Shown here: positions 19,931-30,400 of the stretch, piece after piece
How the letters are laid out: each line of letters starts with the position of its first letter
Position numbering within the stretch: the stretch's first letter is position 1
NCBI GenBank assembly: GCA_030390025.1
Contig: JASTWF010000329.1
Coordinates: 496,001 to 538,146 of the forward strand
Direction: 5' to 3'
Length of the DNA: 42,146 nt
DNA from: Squalus acanthias
Taxonomy: Eukaryota
Translations under genes and position numbers: made by a program
Notes under the pieces: generated by a model
Told to the model about the DNA's origin: nothing
Database searches by the model: none
Seen by the model: only the letters and a program-made list of their open reading frames with translations

Positions 19931-21750
19931 CATAGAATGTTACAGCCCAGGAGGAGACCATTCGGCCCATCGTGCTGATCCCGGCTCTTTGAAAGAGCTC
20001 TCCAATTAATCCCACTCCCTGCTCTTTCCCCATAGCCCTGTAAAAAATTTCCCTTCAAGTATTTATCCAATTCTCTTTTGAATGTTACTATTGAATCTGC
20101 TTCCCTTTCAGGCAGTGCATTCCCGATCACAACAACTCGCTGTGTAAAAAAAAAAAATGTTTCCTCAAGTCGCCTCTGATCCTTTAATCTGTGTTACAAA
20201 AGCAAAATATTGTGGATGCTGGAAATCTGAAATAAAAACAGAAACTGCTGGAAATCCTCAGCAGGTCAGGCAGCATCTGTGGAGAGAGAAACAGAGTTAA
20301 CGTTTCAGGTCGATGACCCTTCCTCTGATCCTTTAATCTGTGTTCTCTGGTTACCGATCCTTCTGCCACTGGAAACAGTTTCTGCTTATTTACTCTATTA
20401 AAACCGTTCATGATTTTAAACACCTCTATCAAATCTCCTCTTCACCTTCTCTGCTCCAAGGAGAACAACCCCAGCTTCTCCAGTCTCCCCACGTAACTGT
20501 AATCCCTCATCCCTGGAACCATTCTAGTAAATCTCTTCTGCACTCTCGCCAAAACCTTCACATCCTTCCTAAAGTGTGGTGCCCAGAATTGGACACAATA
20601 CTCCAGCTGAGGCCGAACTAGTGTTTTATATTGGTTTAGCATAAACCTCCTGGCTTTTGTACTCAATGCCTCTATTTATAAAGCCCAGGATCCCAAATGC
20701 TTTATTAACCGCTTTGTTAACTTGTCCTGCCACCTTCAAGGATTTGTGCACAAACACCCCCAGGTCTCTCTGTTCTTGCACCCCCTTTAATATTGTACCC
20801 TTTAGTTTGTATTGTCTTTCCTCATTCTTCCTACCAAAACGTATCACCTCACACTTTACTGTGTTGTATTTCATGTGCCGTGTGTCCGCCCATTCCACCA
20901 GCCTGTCTATGTCCTCTTGAAATCTATTACTATCTTCCTCACTGTTTACTACACTTCCAGGTTTCGTGTCATCTGAAAATTTCAAAATTGTGCCCTGTAC
21001 CCCCAAGTCCAAGTCATTAATGTATATCAAAAGCAGTGGTTTTTGTACTGAACCCTGGGGAACACCACTATATACCTCCCTCCAGTCCAAAAAATAGCCA
21101 TTCACCACAACTCTCTTTTCTATCCTGTAACCACTTTTGTATCCATGCTGCTACTGCCCCTTTTATCCCAAGGGCTTCAATTTTGCTAACAAGCCCATTA
21201 TGTGGTACTTTATCAAATGCCTTTGAAAGTCCATATACACAACATAAACTGCATTGCTCTTATCCTCCCTCTCTGTTACCGCATCAAAAACTCAATCCAG
21301 TAAGTCAAACACGACTTGCCCTTAACAAATCCATGCTGGCTCTCCTTTATTAGTCCATGCTTGTCCAAGTGGCTGTTAACTTTCTCCTGGATTATTGTTT
21401 CTAAAAGCTTCCCCACCACCACCGACGTTAAACTGACTGGCCTGTAATTGCCAGATTTATTCTTCTCCCCTTTTTCGAACAAGTGTGTAACATTTGCATT
21501 CCTCCAGTCCTCTGCCATCACCCCTGTATCTAAGGAGGATTGGAAAATTGTGGCCAGCACCTCTGCAATTTCTACCCTTACTTACCTCAGCAACCTAGGA
21601 TGCCTCCCATCCGGACCGGGTGACTTATCCACTTTAAGTACTGCCAGCCTTTCTCGTACCTCCTCTATATCTACTTTTATATCATTCCAGTATCCCAGCA
21701 ACCTCCTCGTTTACCGTGGCTTTGGCGAAGTCGTCTTCCTTGGTAAACAC
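19931..21750 (-). mobile_element. 5'-truncated CR1 LINE (RT domain to tail)
   Basis: NYRPVSLTSVV, QHGFVKGKSCLT, GVPQGS...YINDLD, KFSDDTK, LVRPQLEYCVQFWAP; tail CATAGAAT at 19931. Confidence 0.92.
20196..20321 (-). mobile_element. 126-bp Penelope-like terminal fragment with 23-bp TSD
   Basis: CCTCTGATCCTTTAATCTGTGTT at 20173-20195 and 20322-20344; insert truncated within the hammerhead core. Confidence 0.85.
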
Positions 21751-21963
21751 CTTGGTAAAAGGAACACGAGTTATTAAGATTGTTGGACTAAGTTTACCTA
21801 TGAGACAATCAGCTGTGAGAAAATTGGTGTGATGCAACAAACATGGAATACACAAACAATGACTGTTTGTATTATATCACCAGCAGATCTAACAAGGCAC
21901 GGCTCATCCTGGGCCAGAGGATCTGCTGTTTTACAACTGCAAGGGTGTTACACGATGTAACGG

Positions 21964-22276
21964 GGACCTCCTCGTAGGACTGCTCCTGGGCCTGGCCAAG
22001 AAGGCCATTAATTGGTCCAGGCAGCGGGCGGTCGAGGGGGTCGTTCGGCCCGATTGCCTGGCTCTCTTCCGCGGCCATGTTCGTGCCCGGGTGGCCCTGG
22101 AGATGGAGCACGCGGTGTCCGCCGGCACGCTTGAGTTTTTCCGCGACCGGTGGGCGCCGCGGGGACTGGAGTGCATCGTCACCCCGGACAACCAAATTTT
22201 AATTTGATTTATTAAGTCTCATTTGAAATTTTAATTTGATTTACAGCTAATTTGGTTTCTGTCCAATCCAAAAGAG
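21964..22276 (+). mobile_element. Tx1-clade (L1-related) LINE 3' end with 15-bp TSD
   Basis: + frame DLLVGLLLGLAKKAINWSRQRAVEG...FRGHVRARVALEMEHA...FRDRWA...ILI*, resembling the Tx1 ORF2 C-terminus; TACACGATGTAACGG at 21949-21963 and 22277-22291. Confidence 0.75.
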
Positions 22277-22454
22277 TACACGATGTAACGGACCATTTAT
22301 CAGAGCCACTGACTTACGTTGGCAAAATATGTGTATTTCCATGTTTATTGCATGGAAATTATAGCAGTGTTTGGGAGACCAATTTCGAGACAGAAGCACA
22401 GACGTGCCGGGAATCTACAGTGTTAATGTGGGGACTGTTAACGCTCCTGGGACA

Positions 22455-22677
22455 GAAAGAAAGACAGAAAGACTTGCATTTATATAGCGCCTTTCACAAC
22501 CTCAGGACGTCCCAAAGCGCTTTACAACCAATGAAGTACTTTTGTGTGTAGTCGCTGTTGTAATGTAGGAAACACAGCAGCCAAATTGCGAACAGCAATG
22601 TGATAATGACCGGATAATCTGTTTTTTGTGATGTTGATTCAGGGATAAATATTGGCCAGGACACTGGGGATAACTCC
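22455..22677 (-). mobile_element. Deu-type SINE, 3' half
   Basis: Reverse complement of ~4728-4958 including the (CTTT)n tail; an L2 tail on + abuts it at 22680-22739. Confidence 0.8.
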
Positions 22678-22738
22678 GATGGCCTTGGGACGTTTTTTCT
22701 ACATTATAGGCGATATATAAATGCAAGTTGTTGTTGTT

Positions 22739-23153
22739 GACCGTGGGAACGGATTCAGTTGCCCGTCTGAGGTGGAAACTCATGGATACAGTCACACCAG
22801 GGAGAGGCTGCACACCAGCTGAGTTTAAAAAGAGATTCACTTGCTCATCTCACCTACTGACACAATAGCATGTTCACACAGGGGAGAGGCCGTTCACCAG
22901 CTGTGTGTGTGGAAAGGGATTCACTCGGTCATCCCATTTACTGACACACCAGCACAGTCACACCAGAGAGAGATCGGTTAGATACTACACGTGTGGGAAG
23001 GAATTTACTCAGTTTTCCCACCTATTAACACTCCAGCGTTAAAAGGTCAAAGGATTTGAGACACAATACTGAAGAAAGGCTGTTTAAATGTGTGTGTGGG
23101 AAGAAATTCACTCGTTTACCCACCTCCTGAAACACCAGCGAGTTCACAAATGA
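22739..23153 (+). pseudogene. Decayed C2H2 zinc-finger exon (~5 finger remnants)
   Basis: CACACAGGGGAGAGGCCGTTCACC linkers, lost Cys codons, stops and indels; followed by the family post-stop segment TGACTGCAGGGGTTGGATTC. Confidence 0.85.
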
Positions 23154-23339
23154 CTGCAGGGGTTGGATTCTACTGTTGCTGATGTTAATCACATCCAGGA
23201 CAGAACTATAACAGATGGCCCATGCACTTGGGTTTCTGTATAATTTGCATCCTAATTTTACGGCTTGGCCCTCCGGCCCCAATCTCACCCCTATCACAGA
23301 TAATAATTTTCTATATGCTAATATGGTCTTTCAATGGCG

Positions 23340-23938
23340 AGGATTTTACCCAACATTCCCCGCGAGGGCGAATGTGCCCTATCCACACTGCAGGAACCCA
23401 GTGCGCAGGCGCTGTACCCGACAGTGATGGAGCATGCGCAGTGCGAGTGTTGGAAAAGGACAAAGGCTGGAGACTCGCATCGGCAGCGGGTAATGGATGG
23501 CGGGGCTCGGGGGCGTAATGAACCCGGAATTTGGGTGGATAGGCTTCATAAACACCTGGTGTAGGCCGCAAGCCCCGATTAATTACCTAATGGTCCCGTG
23601 ATTGCTGCTGCGGGGCTTTTTCCCGGTAATAGGCTCAGGTTAACGGCCGCCATCCTGGTAAAGGAGAGTGGGAAGCTTTACTGTGCGGCCATCTTGGTGC
23701 AGGAACAATGAGTGGGCGGGGCTTCAACCTGATCCAAGTGCCCCGGGGGTGAAAACCATTGGTGGATTGTGTGTCACGTGTGTGTCCAGCTGCGGGTTTG
23801 ATTGGTCAGTGACTCGCCCGGGTCACCCAGGGGTTTAAAGTCACAGCAGGGCGCATGCGCGGCCACCTTGGGACAAGAACCAGGAGGAGAGAATGTTCTC
23901 AATTTCTATCCTGGACTCAGTGATGGCTTTTGTAAACT
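23340..23938 (+). promoter_or_regulatory. Promoter/intron-1 module of ZNF-5
   Basis: GCATGCGCA ~23433, GCCGCCATC ~23646, GCGGCCATCTTG ~23685, GC box, CCAAT, CACGTG; 23844-23938 is homologous to 6097-6193. Confidence 0.65.
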
Positions 23939-25278
23939 GAGAGTGTGCAGCTATCGGGAAAGATTGAACAGGTTGGGGATTTTTTCTTCAGAAAAGGGAA
24001 GACCTAGAGGAGACCTGATAGAGGTCTTTAAAATTATAAATGGCTTGGACAGGATAGATGTGGAGAGAATCCAAAACTAGGGGCCATAAATACAAGATAG
24101 TTACTAATAAATCCAACAGGGAAATGAGGAGAAATGTCTTTACTCAGAGAGTGGTTAGAATGTGGAACTCGCTAATACAGGAATAAAAACAGAAAATGCT
24201 GGAAATACTCAGCAGGTCAGGCAGCATCTGTGGAGAGAGAAACAGAGTTAACGTTTCAGCTCGATGACCCTTCGTCAGAACTGGAAAAAGCTGGAGATGG
24301 AACAGGTTTTTAAGCAAGTGTAGGGGCAGGGAAAGGGGGAGGGGAGGAAAGAACAAAAGGGAAGGTCTGTGATAGGATGCAGGAGAGATTAAGAGACAAA
24401 AGGGATGATGGTGCAAGGCAAAAGGAGATGGTAAAGGGACAAGTTAAGAAACAAAAGATGATTCTAGATGAAGTGTAAATGGCAATGGCAGGCTGGTCAA
24501 CAGCTGCCATGTGAGTGAGAGAAAAGCATAATTGGGGCAGAGGTTATGGTCTGAAATTGTTGAACTCGATGTTGAGTCCAGAAGGCTATAAAGTGCCTAA
24601 TCGAAAGTTGAGGTGCTGTTCCTCGAGCTTATGTTGAGCTTCATTGGAACAGTGTAAGAGGCCGAGGATGGAGAGGTCAGAGTGGGAGTGGAGCGGAGAA
24701 TTAAAGTGACAGGCGACCGGAAGCTCGGGGTCACCCTTACGGACTGAATGGAGGTGTTCCGCAAAGCGGTCACCCAATCTGCGTTTGGTCTCCCCAATGT
24801 AGAGGAGACCACATCGTGAGCAGCGAATACAGTATACTAAATTGCAAGAAGTACAAGTAAATCACTGTTTCACCTGGAAGGGGTGTTTGGGGCCCTGGAC
24901 AGGGAGGAGGTAAAAGGGCAGGTGTTCCACCTCCTGCACTTGCACGGGAAGGTGCCGGGCGAAGGGGAAGGGCTGTTGTGGTGATAGAGGAGTGGACCAG
25001 GGTGATGCAGTGTGAGCGGTCCCTTCGGAATGCTGAAAAGGGAGGTGAGGGGAAGATGTGTTTGGTGGTGGGATCACTAATACGGGAAGTGGTTGAGGCA
25101 AATAGCTTTGATGCTTTCAAAGGAAATGAGATGAGTACATGAGAGAAGGGAATAGAAACATATGCTGAAAGGCTGAGATGAGGGCGATGGAGTGGGAGGA
25201 CACTCGTGTGGAGTATGAACACCAGCACAGACTAGCTGGGCCGAATGGCCTGTGCTGTATATTCTGTATAATTCGATA
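23939..25278 (+). mobile_element. CR1 3' end inserted just upstream of the ZNF-5 splice acceptor (split by a PLE)
   Basis: SYRERLNRLGIFSSEKGRPRGDLIEVFKII, 3'UTR GGGCCGAATGGCCTGTGCTG and ATTC-type tail; flanked by TAAACT on both sides. Confidence 0.8.
24184..25076 (-). mobile_element. Penelope-like element fragment: GIY-YIG endonuclease C-terminus plus terminal hammerhead motif, 12-bp TSD
   Basis: Minus strand LVYCIRCSRCGLLYIGETKRRLGDRFAEH...VACHFN; hammerhead motif 24283-24246 (one stem II mismatch); CTAATACAGGAA (24172-24183) / CTAATACGGGAA (25077-25088). Confidence 0.88.
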
Positions 25279-25658
25279 TAAACTCCTTTTACAGGGTATT
25301 AGAATGGGAGGATTTGCAGGCGGGAAGCTCAAACCAGACATCACATCAAGATCTGACTGAGTCACTCCATTCATCAGGACCTGAATATCATCAGCCTCTG
25401 AATGCGGAAGGAGAAATGTTTGTCTGTTCTGTCTGTGGGAAAAGATTTCAAACATCAGTGTGACTGGAAAAGCACTGAGACACACACACCCGAGTGAGAG
25501 TGTTCCAGTGCACTGACTGTGGAAAGAGCTTTAACCAGTTACACAGCCTGAAAAAACATCGCACCGTTCACAGTGGGGAGAAACCGTACACGTGTTCTGT
25601 GTGTGGACGAGGCTTCAACTGATCGTCCAACCTGGAGAGACACAAGGACACCTGCACC

Positions 25659-25996
25659 ATGGAGAAACCGTGGAAATGTGAGGACTGTGGGAAGGGATTC
25701 TCTTCCCATCTCAGCTGGAAACTCATCGACGCACTCACACCGGGGAGAGGCCGTTCACGTGCTCCGTGTGTGGGAAGGGGTTCACTCGTTCATCCGAGCT
25801 TCTGATACACCAGCGAGTTCACACCGGGGAGAGGCCATTCACCTGCTCCTTGTGTGGGAAGGGATTCACTCGTTCATCCGAGCTTCTGATACACCAGCGA
25901 GTTCACACTGGGGAGAGGCCGTTCACCTGCACTGTGTGTGGGAAGGGATTCACTCAGTCATCTACACTGCTGACACACCAGCGAGTTCACAAGTGA
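25659..25996 (+). pseudogene. C2H2 zinc-finger gene ZNF-5 (4 fingers) with a -1 frameshift near 25706
   Basis: accATGGAGAAACCGTGG start; TCCCATC has one C fewer than TCCCCATC in ZNF-2; span 338 = 3n-1. A homopolymer sequencing error is possible. Confidence 0.65.
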
Positions 25997-26070
25997 CTGC
26001 AGGGGTTGGATTCTGCTGTTGTTGCTGCTGTTAATCACATCCAGGACAGAACCATGTTCATTCTGACAGT

Positions 26071-26190
26071 TATAAGAACAGGAGGAGGCTATTCAGCCCC
26101 TCAAGTCTGTTGTGCCATTCAATGAGATCACAGCTGATCTGTGAGTGAACTCCTTATAACTGCCTTTGCCCCATATCGGTTATTACCTTT
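26071..26190 (-). mobile_element. CR1 3' tail remnant truncating the ZNF-5 3'UTR
   Basis: ATAAGAACAGGAGGAGGCTATTCAGCCCCTCAAG...CATTCAATGAGATCACAGCTGATCTG is the reverse complement of the CR1 3'UTR at 3318-3390. Confidence 0.7.
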
Positions 26191-26271
26191 CACCGAGCCC
26201 TGGGATCCAGGGAGGACACGGGCTTTACAAACACCGAGTACGGCCCCAGGCCCGAATCTAAAACAGCGAAT

Positions 26272-26976
26272 GTTCAGGAGAGGGAGAGGAACCAGTGAGT
26301 GTAGAACTGAACCCAGCCAGTGTCAGCACCTTCAGGGGAGGAGAGGGAATGGAACCAGTGAGTGCAGAAATGAACCCAGCCAGAGTCAGCACCTTCAGGG
26401 GAGGAGAGGGAGGAGAACCAGTGAGTGTAGAACTGAACCCAGACAGAGTCAGCACCTTCAGGGGAGGAGAGAGAGGGGAACCAGTGAGTGTAGAACTGAA
26501 CCCAACCAGAGTCAGCACCTTCAGGGGAGGAGAGGGAGGAGAACCAGTGAGTGTAGAACTGAACCCAGCCAGAGTCAGCACCTTCAGGGGAGGAGAGGGA
26601 GGGGAACCAGTGAGTGTAGAACTGAACAAAGCCAGAGTCAGCACCTTCAGGGGAGGAGAGGGAGGGGAATCAGTGAGTGCAGAACTGAACCCAGCCAGAG
26701 CCAGCACCTTCAGGGGAGGAGAGAGAGGGGAACCAGTGAGTGCAGAACTGAATCCAGCCAGAGTCAGCACCTTCAGGGGAGGAGAGAGAGGGGAACCAGT
26801 GAGAGCAGAACTGACTCCAGCCAGAGTCAGCACCTTCAAGGGAGGAGAGGGAATGGAACCAGTGAGTGTAGAACTGAACCCAGCCAGAGTCAGCACCTTC
26901 AGGGGAGGAGAGGGAGAGGAACCCGTGAGTGTAGAACTGAACCCAGCCAGAGTCAGCACCTTCAGGGGAGGAGAGG
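26272..26976 (+). repeat. 63-bp purine-rich minisatellite (~11 units)
   Basis: Unit ACCAGTGAGTGTAGAACTGAACCCAGCCAGAGTCAGCACCTTCAGGGGAGGAGAGGGAGGRGA; period 63 (26291 to 26354). Confidence 0.95.
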
Positions 26977-26981
26977 TACCC

Positions 26982-27350
26982 TGTAGACCAAGCTTTACTT
27001 TGTATCTAACCTGTGCTGTACCTGCCCTAGGAGTGTTTGATGGGACAGTGTAGAGGGAGCTTTATTCTGTATCTAACCCGTGCTATACCTGCCCTGGCAG
27101 TGTTTGATGGGACAGTGTAGAGGGAGCTTTACTCTCTATCTAACCCGTGCTGTACCTGCCCTGGGAGTGTATGATGGGACAGTGTAGAGGGAGCTTTACT
27201 CTGTATCTAACCCGTGCTGTACCTGCCCTGGAAGTGTTTGATGGGACAGTGGAGAGGGAGCTTTACTCTGTATCTAACCCATGCTGTACCTGCCCTGGGA
27301 GTGTTTGATGGGACAGTGTAGAGGGAGCTTTACTCTGTATCTAACCCGTG
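26982..27350 (-). repeat. 67-bp minisatellite (~5.5 units), inverted relative to 8866-9788
   Basis: GTGTTTGATGGGACAGTGTAGAGGGAGCTTTACTCTGTATCTAACCCGTGCTGTACCTGCCCTGGGA. Confidence 0.95.
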
Positions 27351-27419
27351 TTAATCAGCCACTCAATTTGTTGAGCTGAATAATAAACTATTTCAATGCA
27401 GTAATTATTTTTTTGAAGC

Positions 27420-30400
27420 TGTGTAATTGTGTAATGGTGGGCCTGTGCTGTGAGTGTATCCGAGTGTTGCTCCTGAGGATCCCAGTGTGTAATGGTGGGC
27501 CTGTGCTGTGAGTGTATCCGAGTGTTGCTCCTGAGGATCCCAGTGTGTAATTGTGTAATGGTGGGCCTGTGCTGTGAGTGTATCCGAGTGTTGCTCCTGA
27601 GGATCCCAGTGTGTAATGTGTAATGATGGGCCTGTGCTGTGAGTGTATCCGAGTGTTGCTCCTGAGGATCCCAGTGTGTAATTGTGTAATGGTGGGCCTG
27701 TGCTGTGAGTGTATCCGAGTGTTGCTCCTGAGGATCCCAGTGTGTAATTGTGTAATGATGGGCCTGTGCTGTGAGTGTATCCGAGTGTTGCTCCTGAGGA
27801 TCCCAGTGTGTAATTGTGTAATGGTGGGCCTGTGCTGTGAGTGTATCCGAGTGTTGCTCCTGAGGATCCCAGTGTGTAATTGTGTAATGATGGGCCTGTG
27901 CTGTGAGTGTATCCGAGTGTTGCTCCTGAGGATCCCAGTGTGTAATTGTGTAATGATGGGCCTGTGCTGTGAGTGTATCCGAGTGTTGCTCCTGAGGATC
28001 CCAGTGTGTAATTGTGTAATGATGGGCCTGTGCTGTGAGTGTATCCGAGTGTTGCTCCTGAGGATCCCAGTGTGTAATGGTGGGCCTGTGCTGTGAGTGT
28101 ATCCGAGTGTTGCTCCTGAGGATCCCAGTGTGTAATTGTGTAATGATGGGCCTGTGCTGTGAGTGTATCCGAGTGTTGCTCCTGAGGATCCCAGTGTGTA
28201 ATTGTGTAATGGTGGGCCTGTGCTGTGAGTGTATCCGAGTGTTGCTCCTGAGGATCCCAGTGTGTAATTGTGTAATGGTGGGCCTGTGCTGTGAGTGTAT
28301 CCGAGTGTTGCTCCTGAGGATCCCAGTGTGTAATTGTGTAATGGTGGGCCTGTGCTGTGAGTGTATCCGAGTGTTGCTCCTGAGGATCCCAGTGTGTAAT
28401 TGTGTAATGATGGGCCTGTGCTGTGAGTGTATCCGAGTGTTGCTCCTGACGATCCCAGTGTGTAATTGTGTAATGATGGGCCTGTGCTGTGAGTGTATCC
28501 GAGTGTTGCTCCTGATGATCCCAGTGTGTAATTGTGTAATGGTGGGCCTGTGCTGTGAGTGTATCCGAGTGTTGCTCCTGAGGATCCCAGTGTGTAATGG
28601 TGGGCCTGTGCTGTGAGTGTATCCGAGTGTTGCTCCTGAGGATCCCAGTGTGTAATTGTGTAATGTGGGCCTGTGCTGTGAGTGTATCCGAGTGTTGCTC
28701 CTGAGGATCCCAGTGTGTAATTGTGTAATGGTGGGCCTGTGCTGTGAGTGTATCCGAGTGTTGCTCCTGATGATCCCAGTGTGTAATTGTGTAATGGTGG
28801 GCCTGTGCTGTGAGTGTATCCGAGTGTTGCTCCTGAGGATCCCAGTGTGTAATGGTGGGCCTGTGCTGTGAGTGTATCCGAGTGTTGCTCCTGAGATCCC
28901 AGTGTGTAATTGTGTAATGATGGGCCTGTGCTGTGAGTGTATCCGAGTGTTGCTCCTGAGGATCCCAGTGTGTAATTGTGTAATGATGGGCCTGTGCTGT
29001 GAGTGTATCCGAGTGTTGCTCCTGAGGATCCCAGTGTGTAATGGTGGGCCTGTGCTGTGAGTGTATCCGAGTGTTGCTCCTGACGATCCCAGTGTGTAAT
29101 TGTGTAATGGTGGGCCTGTGCTGTGAGTGTATCCGAGTGTTGCTCCTGAGGATCCCAGTGTGTAATTGTGTAATGGTGGGCCTGTGCTGTGAGTGTATCC
29201 GAGTGTTGCTCCTGAGGATCCCAGTGTGTAATTGTAATGGGCCTGTGCTGTGAGTGTATCCGAGTGTTGCTCCTGAGGATCCCAGTGTGTAATTGTGTAA
29301 TGGTGGGCCTGTGCTGTGAGTGTATCCGAGTGTTGCTCCTGAGGATCCCAGTGTGTAATTGTGTAATGATGGGCCTGTGCTGTGAGTGTATCCGAGTGTT
29401 GCTCCTGAGGATCCCAGTGTGTAATTGTGTAATGATGGGCCTGTGCTGTGAGTGTATCCGAGTGTTGCTCCTGAGGATCCCAGTGTGTAATTGTGTAATG
29501 GTGGGCCTGTGCTGTGAGTGTATCCGAGTGTTGCTCCTGAGGATCCCAGTGTGTAATTGTGTAATGATGGGCCTGTGCTGTGAGTGTATCCGAGTGTTGC
29601 TCCTGAGGATCCCAGTGTGTAATTGTGTAATGGTGGGCCTGTGCTGTGAGTGTATCCGAGTGTTGCTCCTGAGGATCCCAGTGTGTAATTGTAATGATGG
29701 GCCTGTGCTGTGAGTGTATCCGAGTGTTGCTCCTGAGGATCCCAGTGTGTAATTGTGTAATGATGGGCCTGTGCTGTGAGTGTATCCGAGTGTTGCTCCT
29801 GAGGATCCCAGTGTGTAATTGTGTAATGATGGGCCTGTGCTGTGAGTGTATCCGAGTGTTGCTCCTGAGGATCCCAGTGTGTAATTGTGTAATGGTGGGC
29901 CTGTGCTGTGAGTGTATCCGAGTGTTGCTCCTGAGGATCCCAGTGTGTAATTGTGTAATGGTGGGCCTGTGCTGTGAGTGTATCCGAGTGTTGCTCCTGA
30001 GGATCCCAGTGTGTAATGATGGGCCTGTGCTGTGAGTGTATCCGAGTGTTGCTCCTGAGGATCCCAGTGTGTAATTGTGTAATGGTGGGCCTGTGCTGTG
30101 AGTGTATCCGAGTGTTGCTCCTGAGGATCCCAGTGTGTAATTGTAATGATGGGCCTGTGCTGTGAGTGTATCCGAGTGTTGCTCCTGAGGATCCCAGTGT
30201 GTAATGGTGGGCCTGTGCTGTGAGTGTATCCGAGTGTTGCTCCTGAGGATCCCAGTGTGTAATTGTGTAATGATGGGCCTGTGCTGTGAGTGTATCCGAG
30301 TGTTGCTCCTGAGGATCCCAGTGTGTAATTGTGTAATGGTGGGCCTGTGCTGTGAGTGTATCCGAGTGTTGCTCCTGAGGATCCCAGTGTGTAATTGTGT

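Noticed and set aside
21872..22195. Minus-strand ORFs in the GC-rich island
   Set aside because: The meaningful frame is the plus-strand Tx1-like C-terminus; these are its antisense shadows.
26141..27053. Long repeat ORFs in several frames (also 7892-8367 and 16293-16836)
   Set aside because: Minisatellite units of 63 and 39 bp are multiples of 3 and open on both strands; no gene structure.
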